A stretch of DNA of 64,000 nucleotides, taken from NCBI GenBank assembly GCA_003134655.1, contig PLBY01000063.1, forward strand, positions 401 through 64,400. Reading direction: 5' to 3'. The position numbers and the translations under genes were made by a program. This document shows, one piece after another, positions 56,223 to 64,000 of the stretch; within the stretch, counting starts at the first letter, position 1; each line of letters begins with the position of its first letter. This DNA comes from Acidobacteriaceae bacterium (lineage in GTDB: Bacteria > Acidobacteriota > Terriglobia > Terriglobales > Acidobacteriaceae). Below the pieces are notes generated by a model that was not told where the DNA came from, ran no database searches, and was given only the letters and a program-made list of their open reading frames with translations.

Positions 56223-57625
56223 AGCCAACCGCCAAGATTCTGCTGGTCGACGACGAACCCGGCATGCTCCGCTACATCAAAACGCTGCTGGAGGTGGACG
56301 ACTACAAAGTCGAAACCGCAACCACCGGCGAAGAAGCCCTGCAACAAGTAGAAAAGGGCCTGCAGCCCGACCTGGTGCTGCTCGACGTGCTCATGCCCGG
56401 CATCGACGGTCTGCAGACTCTCGAACAGCTGCGCCAGGTCCAACCCGGCATCAAGGTCGTGATGCTGTCCTGCGTCAACGACACGCGCAAGGTCGTACAC
56501 GCGATGAAGCTGGGCGCCCTCGACTACCTCACCAAGCCGTTTCAAAAAGCAGAACTGGATGCAGTCATCGATCTCAGCCTCGGTCAGGGCAAACAGACTT
56601 ACAGCGGAGAAATCGAGGAACTCTCCGAAGACGTCTTCTTCATCGCCGCTAGCCCCCAGATGCGCAAGATCCGCTCGCAAGCCGCGCTGGTCGCCAATGT
56701 AGACATCCCCGTGTTGCTGCTCGGCGAGAGCGGCACCGGCAAGGAAGTCCTCGGACGCCTGATCCACAAGCTTTCGCCGCGCGCCCATCGCATATTCCTC
56801 AAGGTGAATTGCGCCGCGGTTCCGGCCGACCTGCTTGAGAGCGAGTTGTTCGGCTACGAGCAGGGTGCGTTCACCGGCGCAACCCATGCCAAACCCGGCA
56901 AGTTCGAGCTGTGCAATCGCGGAACGATTCTGCTCGACGAAATCGGCGAAATGCCGCCGCTTCTGCAGGCCAAACTCCTGCACGTGTTGCAGGATCAGCA
57001 ATTCTCGCGCCTGGGCAGCCGTTCCGTCATCAAGGTCGATGTCCGCATCCTGGCCGCGACCAACATCAACATTCCCGAAGCTCTCGCCAACAAGCGCCTG
57101 CGCGAGGATCTCTACTACCGCCTCAACGCCTTCACCATGCAGATTCCGCCGTTGCGCGAGCGCAAAGAAGAGATTCCCATCCTGCTCAAGCACTCCATGT
57201 CGCGCATGGCCGAGCGTTACGCGCGCGCGCCGCTTCCGCTCTCACCGGCGCTGCTGCAGGCCTGCCAGAATCATTCCTGGCCCGGCAATCTTCGTGAGTT
57301 GAATAACTTCCTGAAGCGCTACTTGATTCTTGGAGACGAGAACCTGGCAGTCAGCGAACTGCTTCCCCGCAACGACGGCACTGGCGGAGGTCCCGGCGAT
57401 TCCTCTGCCCGCGGAGCTGAGCCGGGTGGCTTGAAATCTCTGGCGCGCACGGCCAAAGATGAAGCCGAAGCACAGGCCATCACGCAAGCTTTGGAACAGA
57501 CCAACTGGAACCGCAAACAGGCTGCCGCGATCCTGCAGATCAGTTACAAAGCCCTGCTCTATAAGATCCGGCAGTACGGCATTGCCGAAGCCAAAGGGCA
57601 CCACAAACTGTCTGCCGGAGCGTAG
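56219..57625 (+). CDS. NtrC-family response regulator / sigma54 activator (PrsR-like: REC + AAA+ + Fis HTH)
   Basis: REC with LVLLDVLMPGIDG, Walker A GESGTGKE, YEQGAFTGA, LLDEIGE, HTH NWNRKQAAAILQISYKALLYKIRQ. Confidence 0.9.
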   Translation: MKPTAKILLVDDEPGMLRYIKTLLEVDDYKVETATTGEEALQQVEKGLQPDLVLLDVLMPGIDGLQTLEQLRQVQPGIKVVMLSCVNDTRKVVHAMKLGALDYLTKPFQKAELDAVIDLSLGQGKQTYSGEIEELSEDVFFIAASPQMRKIRSQAALVANVDIPVLLLGESGTGKEVLGRLIHKLSPRAHRIFLKVNCAAVPADLLESELFGYEQGAFTGATHAKPGKFELCNRGTILLDEIGEMPPLLQAKLLHVLQDQQFSRLGSRSVIKVDVRILAATNINIPEALANKRLREDLYYRLNAFTMQIPPLRERKEEIPILLKHSMSRMAERYARAPLPLSPALLQACQNHSWPGNLRELNNFLKRYLILGDENLAVSELLPRNDGTGGGPGDSSARGAEPGGLKSLARTAKDEAEAQAITQALEQTNWNRKQAAAILQISYKALLYKIRQYGIAEAKGHHKLSAGA

Positions 57626-57665
57626 TTCTTTCTGGCCGAAGCCCTTTTCTGTTGACCAAAACATC

Positions 57666-57696
57666 GAAGCCCATGGACGAGACGTCCGTGGGCTTC
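57666..57696. terminator. Bidirectional terminator-like hairpin between convergent regulator and SBBP-protein genes
   Basis: GAAGCCCATGGACG-aga-CGTCCGTGGGCTTC (14-bp stem with one G-U pair), followed by CCCTTCTT. Confidence 0.65.
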
Positions 57697-57725
57697 CCTT
57701 CTTGCAGTCGTCTCGCGCGTTGAAC

Positions 57726-60700
57726 CTACGGGACCGACAGCGTGATGGAACTGCTCTTGCTGTCGCTACCCGACGTCCCCGTGACGGTGATCGTGTAGAT
57801 TCCCGGAGGCGTTCCGCTGACCGGCGCTTGCGTCGACGTCCCACCGCAAGCCGGCTGCAGCAGAAGCAGCGCAAACAGAGCGCACAACATGAAAATTCCC
57901 AGGATACGCCGGCGGCGCCTGTCGCCTCCGACTCCCACACCCAGCAGCGTCAATCCCGGAACCGCCAGCCAGAGCCCATAAAGGCTCCGCAGACTCGCCG
58001 CGGGCGTGACCACTGGCCTCGCCGTCGTCACCAAGTTGAGCGTGGAAGACCCTGGACCCCCTACCAGCTTGACCGATTGGGTCGTGAAGTTGCAGCTAGA
58101 CGCAGTGGGTAAGCCGCTACACGCCAGCGAGATGCTGCTGGAGTAAGCGGTATGCGGTGACAACTGCACTTCGTAGACAGCCGTATCACCAGCCCGCGCC
58201 ACACTGCCGTTCGGAGGACTGACGGAGATGCTGAAATCGGACGTCTGCGCGGCGACCGAGGTCTGCGCCAGAACCACATTGCCCGGCCCTATCGCCTGCA
58301 CCGACCCGCCGTTGAAGGAAGAAGGGCTCCCGCTGCTATTCGCCGCAGGCGTTGCCGTTATGACGACCGTTGCGGTCGAGCCAGCCTGCAGGGGTGGAAG
58401 GGTACAACTCACGTTGGTATTGGTCGAGCCTCCCCCGCAAGTCCCTGAACTGACGCTCGCACTAATATTACTAAGCGGCACACCCGTGACCGACGGGCTC
58501 ACGTTGTCCAGAACTGTGATGCTGCTGGCCACGTCTGGGCCGTTGTTCGTCACCGTATAAGTGAACGTTGCCGGATTCCCCGCATCCACGAAAGACTGGT
58601 TCGTCCCCGATGACAGCACTCCCGTGATCGACAAACTCAACGCTGGTCCCAGTTGGGTCACAAAGGCGTCGTACCCCCCAGGGTTGCTGTTGTTGGTCGC
58701 CTGCAATGGCTTATTGACCTGCAAGTCGACCGAATTCGTGTCTCCAGCGAAGTAGGCGTTCTGGTTGACGTCGAGCGTGACCCCGGTCCCTTCCGTGAAC
58801 ACCGTATTCGAGTCAGCGCTGCTGCCCCCGAAGTAATTAACCCAGGAGCCCGCCGTCGTCTGCCCCAGCACCGCGGTGGTGTTCAGTCGGGCTGTAAACG
58901 CATCCTGGAAGCCGGTCAGAGAACTCGTACCGACGGGAAAAACAGGGAAATCAGATGATTGGGTCCATCCCGTGATCACGGCCCCCGCGGCGGAGTCCAC
59001 TGTGATCGCCAGGCCGGCTTCGTCGTTGGCCCCTCCCAGATAGGAGAAGTAGTTCAGCGCCACGTTCACCGCAGTACCCGTGGTCGTGGTCGGGTTGGTC
59101 AGCCGTGCCACGAAGGCATCGTTGGGGGGAGTCGTAGTGAATGTGGGGCACGGCGTGCCCGCTGGCGGATTGATTGCTGTGTCCAGGCAGATTTGATATG
59201 GAGCGGCCGTATTCAGAGTCGTTACAATGGCAAATGGGGAGGAGTTCGTGGTTCCGACAACGTAGACGTTGGCCGCTCCAGTATCAACGGCGACGCCCGC
59301 GCCAGAGTCCGTCCCGCCGCCTCCCAGGTAAGTCGACCATACCAGCTGTTGTCCCTGCGCTGCAGTGGGATTCAAATTGAGCTTTGCCACGAAGGCGTCC
59401 GGCTCCGTCGTAGTCGTATCGGTCGTGCACGACGGAGGATTGGTGATCTGGGTCGGAGGGGGCACACCCAGACACGGCTGGTACGCGTTCAGGATGGGAA
59501 AGTCGCTGCCGCCGCAACCCGCGCATCCCGAGAACAAGTAGTTCGTCGTGCCCGTGAAATAGACGTTGCCGCTCGTGTCGACGGCAATGCCGCCGCCTAC
59601 AGCGACCGCGGTCGGAGTGTTAAAGCTGGCCCCGCCAAAAAAGGTCGAGTACGCGATACTCGCCTGCCTCGGTGCGCTCGTATTGACCTTGGTCACGAAA
59701 AACTGGGGCTGACCCGGGGAGCGCGAAATGCTCTGGAATGGCACTCCCTGTGGCAGATTGCTGGCTGGGAACTGGATCAGACCGCTGGAGGCATCAGTTG
59801 ATGTCGTGGTGCCGGTCACATAAATGTAGCCCGACGCGTCGAGCGTCATCCCGCTGGCGATGTCGGTGCCGTTGCCCGAAAGGTACGAGGAATACTTCAA
59901 CGCCGTGGCGTCGTTCTGCAGCCAGGTCACGAAGGCGTGAGTGCCCGCGACCTCGGGCGCATTTTGATAGGCACTCAGCGTCGTCGGGAAATTAGCCGAG
60001 GTCGTCGTGCCCGCAACGTAGGCTTCGCCGCCGCCGTTGACGCTGATGCCAACCGGGTAGTCGCTGCCGGAGCCACCCAGATACGTCACATAGTCAAGAG
60101 CAGCCACAATCGATCCCAAGGGCGGAGTGATCTTGGCGACATAAACGTTCTGTGTAGCTCCAGCGCCCAGCGCTGGCTGAAAAATCCCAGCAACCGTCGG
60201 GAGATTCGGAGACGTTGTCGAACCTGTGATGTAGATATTGAAACTTCCATCCACCGCCACCGAAGTCGCCTTCTCGTCGCCGCTGCCGCCAAAGTAGGTG
60301 GAGAACGTCAGAATGGGGTCGATGATCAATTCGCGCGAGTGATCGTAAGAGCCGATCGCGAATCCCGCGCGGTTCGCCCCACGCAGAACAAAACGGCCTT
60401 CAACCGGTTGCTGGCGGCCCGCGATCTCCTGGTACACTCGCGGAGCATCGAGCCGCACGCTCCCGCCCCCGCTCTGGATTACCAAGGCGCCGTCCTTCAA
60501 CTCCAACTGCTTCGCGCCATTGAATTCCAGTTCGGCCTGCTTCGGATCCGACCCAGGCGCCACCTGGAAATCGTATTCCAGATGTCCCTGATTCCCGTAG
60601 AAAACCAGATTGATTCCGGGATAAACGTCTTCATACCGCACCCGCGCAAACTGCGGAACACCACGGTGCCACTTCGCCGGATCATTGCCCAGAAAATAGT

Positions 60701-61241
60701 TGCTCTTGCCCGGCAGCAAGTCCGCGCCAGAAACGTGGGCATTCGGATTCGCGCCCGCCAGCTTCATCTGCAGCGAGTCCACACGGGTCAGCGACGCATC
60801 CTGCTTCGACTTGGACTGCTCGCGAGACACGAGGCTCAGAATCGCTCCCTCGGAGCCCAAGAACAGACTGTATCCGGAGCCGCGGGTCACGAACTTCGCG
60901 CGCTGGTCGGCCGGGTCCAAGTTCCCCTGTCCCTGGTTCGGCTCAAAGATGAGCGGCAGTCCTGCGAAGAGCGAGCGCGCCCGCGACTGCGCGTCTCCGC
61001 TGGCTCCCGCGGAACCAGCCTGCGACGGCGCCAAAAGGCCCGGTACAGCCGTTGCCGGCGCTTCGATCGCTGGAAGGTGGGCCGCGGCGTTCGCGGCGGT
61101 TTGGCGTGAGCGGGAACCCCACCCGAGGACTGCGCATCCTGCCCCTAGCAGCACCAGCCCAGCGGCCAGAACACGAACTCGTACCACGGATGTTCCCAAC
61201 CAACGGCGCTCTACGTTCACTCGTTCCTCCGATGCAGTCAA
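57726..61241 (-). CDS. Large surface protein: N-terminal anchor, seven SBBP-type beta-propeller repeats, DUF11-like/Ig-like domains and the composite C-terminal module
   Basis: Repeats of the form (S/T)YLGGSG.D...gi.vD..GN.YV.G.T.S..FP, seven times. TYTVTNNGPDVASSITVLDNV (DUF11-like). Tail LYGLWLAVPGLTLLGVGVGGDRRRRRILGIFMLCALFALLLLQPACGG...GTPPGIYTITVTG. Confidence 0.85.
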   Translation of the reverse strand: MTASEERVNVERRWLGTSVVRVRVLAAGLVLLGAGCAVLGWGSRSRQTAANAAAHLPAIEAPATAVPGLLAPSQAGSAGASGDAQSRARSLFAGLPLIFEPNQGQGNLDPADQRAKFVTRGSGYSLFLGSEGAILSLVSREQSKSKQDASLTRVDSLQMKLAGANPNAHVSGADLLPGKSNYFLGNDPAKWHRGVPQFARVRYEDVYPGINLVFYGNQGHLEYDFQVAPGSDPKQAELEFNGAKQLELKDGALVIQSGGGSVRLDAPRVYQEIAGRQQPVEGRFVLRGANRAGFAIGSYDHSRELIIDPILTFSTYFGGSGDEKATSVAVDGSFNIYITGSTTSPNLPTVAGIFQPALGAGATQNVYVAKITPPLGSIVAALDYVTYLGGSGSDYPVGISVNGGGEAYVAGTTTSANFPTTLSAYQNAPEVAGTHAFVTWLQNDATALKYSSYLSGNGTDIASGMTLDASGYIYVTGTTTSTDASSGLIQFPASNLPQGVPFQSISRSPGQPQFFVTKVNTSAPRQASIAYSTFFGGASFNTPTAVAVGGGIAVDTSGNVYFTGTTNYLFSGCAGCGGSDFPILNAYQPCLGVPPPTQITNPPSCTTDTTTTEPDAFVAKLNLNPTAAQGQQLVWSTYLGGGGTDSGAGVAVDTGAANVYVVGTTNSSPFAIVTTLNTAAPYQICLDTAINPPAGTPCPTFTTTPPNDAFVARLTNPTTTTGTAVNVALNYFSYLGGANDEAGLAITVDSAAGAVITGWTQSSDFPVFPVGTSSLTGFQDAFTARLNTTAVLGQTTAGSWVNYFGGSSADSNTVFTEGTGVTLDVNQNAYFAGDTNSVDLQVNKPLQATNNSNPGGYDAFVTQLGPALSLSITGVLSSGTNQSFVDAGNPATFTYTVTNNGPDVASSITVLDNVSPSVTGVPLSNISASVSSGTCGGGSTNTNVSCTLPPLQAGSTATVVITATPAANSSGSPSSFNGGSVQAIGPGNVVLAQTSVAAQTSDFSISVSPPNGSVARAGDTAVYEVQLSPHTAYSSSISLACSGLPTASSCNFTTQSVKLVGGPGSSTLNLVTTARPVVTPAASLRSLYGLWLAVPGLTLLGVGVGGDRRRRRILGIFMLCALFALLLLQPACGGTSTQAPVSGTPPGIYTITVTGTSGSDSKSSSITLSVP

Positions 61242-61958
61242 ACCAGTATTCTTTCGATCGTGCTTATCCCGATCGTTCTTGCGATCATTCTTCGCTCAGA
61301 TCAGTGGAGAGATTTGGGACGGCGCACAAATCCATCGAGCGTCGCGCCGGCGAACCTGACCGCGGCTTGCTTGTCACTGGAACTGGCGGAAAAATTAAAT
61401 AACTACTTAAACATCTACCGGATAGACAAGTCAAGCGAACCTCCGGCCTGCCGGGGCTCCAAGATTCGTCAGATGCGCTCGAGGCCGTCGAAAGATGCCG
61501 CGCTCTGGCACAAAAGTGGCGTGAAGAGAGTTGCACCCTCCTCGTTTCCAGATCCCCGCTGTGGAAAAGCGCTGCAGAAAGAAAGATCCTCTTTCCGCAA
61601 CCAATTGCACCAGTCCACGGTCATTCCGGTGGAGCGCATCTGCAACCCCCTCATTCTTCGCTCAAAGCTGGCTGCTCCCCACGAATCGCGATGGCAGAGG
61701 GATTGCTATCAACCCCCCTGAGCCATGCGCATTCGTGCGTCCTCCCGCGGCTCGCGGAACAAGGAGTCTGTTCCGAATTCCGAACAGATTACCGAATCAG
61801 TTCCGATTCGCATTTTCCTGTTGCAAACTGCTGATGTTTCTATACATTGAAGGGCTACAGGGCCGCACACAGTTCAAATTCAGGCCTTGAGCCTCTTGGG
61901 CATTAGCCGTCTGCTCTGCTTTTCTGGTAGTACGCGCTCTTGGCGGAGCGCTCTGGCC

Positions 61959-62333
61959 ATGCAACCGAATTCACAGGATCGGCGGATGATGCGGCGCTTT
62001 GACATGCGCCTGCCCGCCATTGTCCGGCTCCAGGGCGAGAGTGAGTTCCACACCGAGACCCAGAACGTCAGCGCCCGCGGCGTCTTTTTTTACCTCGACC
62101 GCGCCGTCGAGGCCGGAACCAAGCTCGAAGTCACCCTCACCTTCCCGCCCCACGTCACCCTCACCGACGCCGTCCGCGTCCGTTTCACCGCTCGCGTCAT
62201 TCGGGTGGAAAATCCCCTGCCGTCCGCCCGCATCGGCACCGCCGCCTTGATCGAAGACTACGAATTCCTCCGCTCCAACGGCAGCCCCGACTTCCTCGCC
62301 GCCCTGCAGAAGGAATGGAAAGCCAGCAACTGA
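61959..62333 (+). CDS. Single-domain PilZ protein
   Basis: From ATG 61959: QDRRMMRRFDMRLP (RRxxxR) and TQNVSARGVFF ((D/N)xSxxG). 124 aa. Confidence 0.7.
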   Translation: MQPNSQDRRMMRRFDMRLPAIVRLQGESEFHTETQNVSARGVFFYLDRAVEAGTKLEVTLTFPPHVTLTDAVRVRFTARVIRVENPLPSARIGTAALIEDYEFLRSNGSPDFLAALQKEWKASN

Positions 62334-62628
62334 GTTGAAAGGCTTTCAGCTTCGTGTCCCTCCGCGTCGAAGCTCGATGGCCGTGAAGGCAGCAGAAAGT
62401 CGTCGGACTGACCGCGAGCAATGAGTCTGTGGGAGGACGCTGGGACAAGCTCTGCCAGACTCAAGCCGCGAAGCGGCGGCATGTGAAAGCCCGGCACGGA
62501 AGTGCCGGGTGAAAATAGAGAAAATCAACGAGTCCCGAAGGGACGGCACTCTGTTTGACGGACTCTCTCACTGAGGCTCCGCCGCTGTCGAAAATCGGGA
62601 GCCGGGAGCCAAGAGCCCGGAAGCCCGC

Positions 62629-62757
62629 CTACTTCTTCCCCAACTCCTTCAACTGCTGCCTCAACCGACTAAATCTCCGAACCAAGCTTCCCAGATAAAC
62701 CCCGTGGATCACCCACGTCGCAATGTAAGCGGCAAACAGAAACTTAATAGCATTCAT
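62629..62757 (-). CDS. ccmD: Heme exporter protein D (CcmD), 42 aa, below the ORF-track length cutoff
   Basis: Minus-strand translation is MNAIKFLFAAYIATWVIHGVYLGSLVRRFSRLRQQLKELGKK: a single TM plus basic tail, as in CcmD. Its ATG overlaps the ccmC stop (ATGA). Confidence 0.6.
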   Translation of the reverse strand: MNAIKFLFAAYIATWVIHGVYLGSLVRRFSRLRQQLKELGKK

Positions 62758-63659
62758 CGCGAACTCCGACCGAGCGGAAGGCTGGCCTTGGCCGCCACAC
62801 CCGCTCCCACCAAAGACTCCATCGCGTGCGCTTCCTCAATCTCCCGGTGCAACAGCTCCAACCGGAACCGCGACCAGCACACCAGAAAAGCGAAGAAAAG
62901 AAATGCCGTCCAGCTGACTACAAGCACGTGCAACATCCGCGGATCCATCGACCCACCTCCGCCAATCACTGGCTGCGGATGCTGCGTGCGGAAAAACCAG
63001 ATCGAGAAATAAACCAGCGGCACATCGAGCGCCCCGAACACGGCCAGCGCCGCCGCCATCATTTGCGTCTGCGCGCTATTCGAAAAGCGCCGCAGCACCA
63101 GATAACTCACATAAATCAGCCACAATACCAGCGTCGAAGTCAGTCGGATGTCCCCCGGCGCCCACCATATTCCCCATACCGGCCGCGCCCAGATCGGTCC
63201 CGTGACCAGCACAATCGTGCAAAACACCACGCCCACTTCGGCCGTCGTCACCGCCAGCACGTCGAGACTCTGACCCGGGAACAACTTCCCGATCAAGAAA
63301 TAGAAAATCGGAATCAACAACACCGTCGTCGCCACCGCACTCGGACGCATGCCCTTCGGTATCAACTGCTGCACCGGCGGCAGAAAACACGCAATCACCC
63401 CGATGACTCCAATCGCGAGCACAATCCACTTTGCCGCACTCTGCGTCGAAGGCTTCCGGTTGGCCAGGTACTGAATCGATGCGATGAAATTAATGAAGAA
63501 CAGAAGAAACGCTGTCCACGCCGAAGGCACGTGGTAATAAATGATGCGGTACACATCGCCCTGCTGCGCGTCCGTAGGCGCCACCACGAGTGCCTGATAC
63601 AAGGCATACGCCAGCAGAACCGCGGTGACGATCGAAAGAATGGGGAAGATCCGTTTCAT
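62754..63659 (-). CDS. ccmC: Heme exporter protein C (CcmC)
   Basis: From MKRIFPILS. YYHVPSAW and the Trp-rich motif WARPVWGIWWAPGDIRLTS (WGxxWxWDxRLT-like). ATG overlaps the ccmB stop (ATGA). Confidence 0.85.
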   Translation of the reverse strand: MKRIFPILSIVTAVLLAYALYQALVVAPTDAQQGDVYRIIYYHVPSAWTAFLLFFINFIASIQYLANRKPSTQSAAKWIVLAIGVIGVIACFLPPVQQLIPKGMRPSAVATTVLLIPIFYFLIGKLFPGQSLDVLAVTTAEVGVVFCTIVLVTGPIWARPVWGIWWAPGDIRLTSTLVLWLIYVSYLVLRRFSNSAQTQMMAAALAVFGALDVPLVYFSIWFFRTQHPQPVIGGGGSMDPRMLHVLVVSWTAFLFFAFLVCWSRFRLELLHREIEEAHAMESLVGAGVAAKASLPLGRSSR

Positions 63660-64000
63660 TCTACGTGCAGAATCATTCCAAACATTGCCAGACAAGCTGT
63701 AGTAAACACCACATCGTAGGTGAGAAGCAACACGATCCAAAAGTGCGCCGACTCTTCACCGGTCAGAATCGATGTCGTCCCCGCCACCATGCCCAGCACG
63801 GCCGGAATCGAAATCGGAAACAGCAGCAGCGGCAGCATGATCTCGCGGCTGCGCGTCCGCAATGACATTGCCGCGAAGAATGTCCCATTCACCACCAGCG
63901 CCCACGTTCCGAGCACGGCAATCGGAATCAACTGCCACGCCGGACCCAGCACCCGCAGGTTGTAAAAAATCACGAACAACGGCGTCATCAGCGCTTCCAG
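63656..64000 (-). CDS. ccmB: Heme exporter protein B (CcmB), C-terminal part; 5' end beyond the window
   Basis: The reading frame is open to the window edge. Hydrophobic ...IMLPLLLFPISIPAVLGMVAGTT... Position immediately upstream of ccmC-ccmD. Confidence 0.65.
   Translation of the reverse strand: MEALMTPLFVIFYNLRVLGPAWQLIPIAVLGTWALVVNGTFFAAMSLRTRSREIMLPLLLFPISIPAVLGMVAGTTSILTGEESAHFWIVLLLTYDVVFTTACLAMFGMILHVE

Noticed and set aside
61260-61890. Track ORFs 61260..61721 and 61531..61890 in the large intergenic region as possible novel small proteins.
   Set aside because: Composition is Arg/Ser/Pro-rich with no hydrophobic core periodicity. There is no RBS, the ORFs overlap one another in different frames, and local GC is lower. 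Together these look like non-coding DNA.
62490-62509. CCCGGCAC-ggaa-GTGCCGGG hairpin as a rho-independent terminator of ccmD or of the PilZ gene.
   Set aside because: The stem is good, but neither side has a proper U-tract (CTTTCACAT on the minus strand, TGAAAAT on the plus strand). It lies 120-155 nt from either stop codon. It is mentioned under the ccmD finding only.

Overview
High-GC bacterial chromosome segment. The gene content (SBBP beta-propeller repeats, HAF repeats, PEP-CTERM sorting, sigma54 regulators) suggests Acidobacteriota, but that is an inference only. The right two thirds (about 23.4-57.6 kb) is a near-complete exosortase/PEP-CTERM exopolysaccharide (EPS) system. A roughly 16 kb minus-strand operon (47793->31446) runs degenerate EBP-like regulator, Wza-like exporter, OM beta-barrel, chain-length determinant, ExeA-like ATPase, BY-kinase, priming sugar transferase, GT2, GT4, Wzy-like polymerase, AsnB-like amidotransferase and a double GT4. 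Alongside it are an exosortase-EpsI fusion, a PrsT-like TPR lipoprotein, one canonical PEP-CTERM substrate gene, two further sigma54 activators, a histidine kinase and two PilZ proteins. Flanking modules are heparinase II/III-like + AsnB, NDP-sugar dehydrogenase + FemAB-like + sulfotransferase, and VOC-FkbH-ACP-GNAT. The left third is a mosaic accessory region. It holds surface and secreted repeat proteins, a Wzx flippase, a methyltransferase, a deacetylase, an IS5 element with intact ends and target duplication, and several gene wrecks: a PPTase fragment, a TSUP half, an IS3 transposase remnant, ATP sulfurylase in pieces, a second transposase remnant, and an in-frame TGA in a formyltransferase-like gene. 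The right edge carries ccmB-ccmC-ccmD. No rRNA, tRNA or CRISPR was recognised. The best leads are a composite C-terminal module shared by two surface proteins, a set of similar sigma54-type promoters with a pseudo-ATPase EBP and PilZ partners, a paralogous uncharacterised beta-propeller-like domain, and an FkbH/ACP plus sulfotransferase decoration module whose helper genes (PPTase, sat) are broken.
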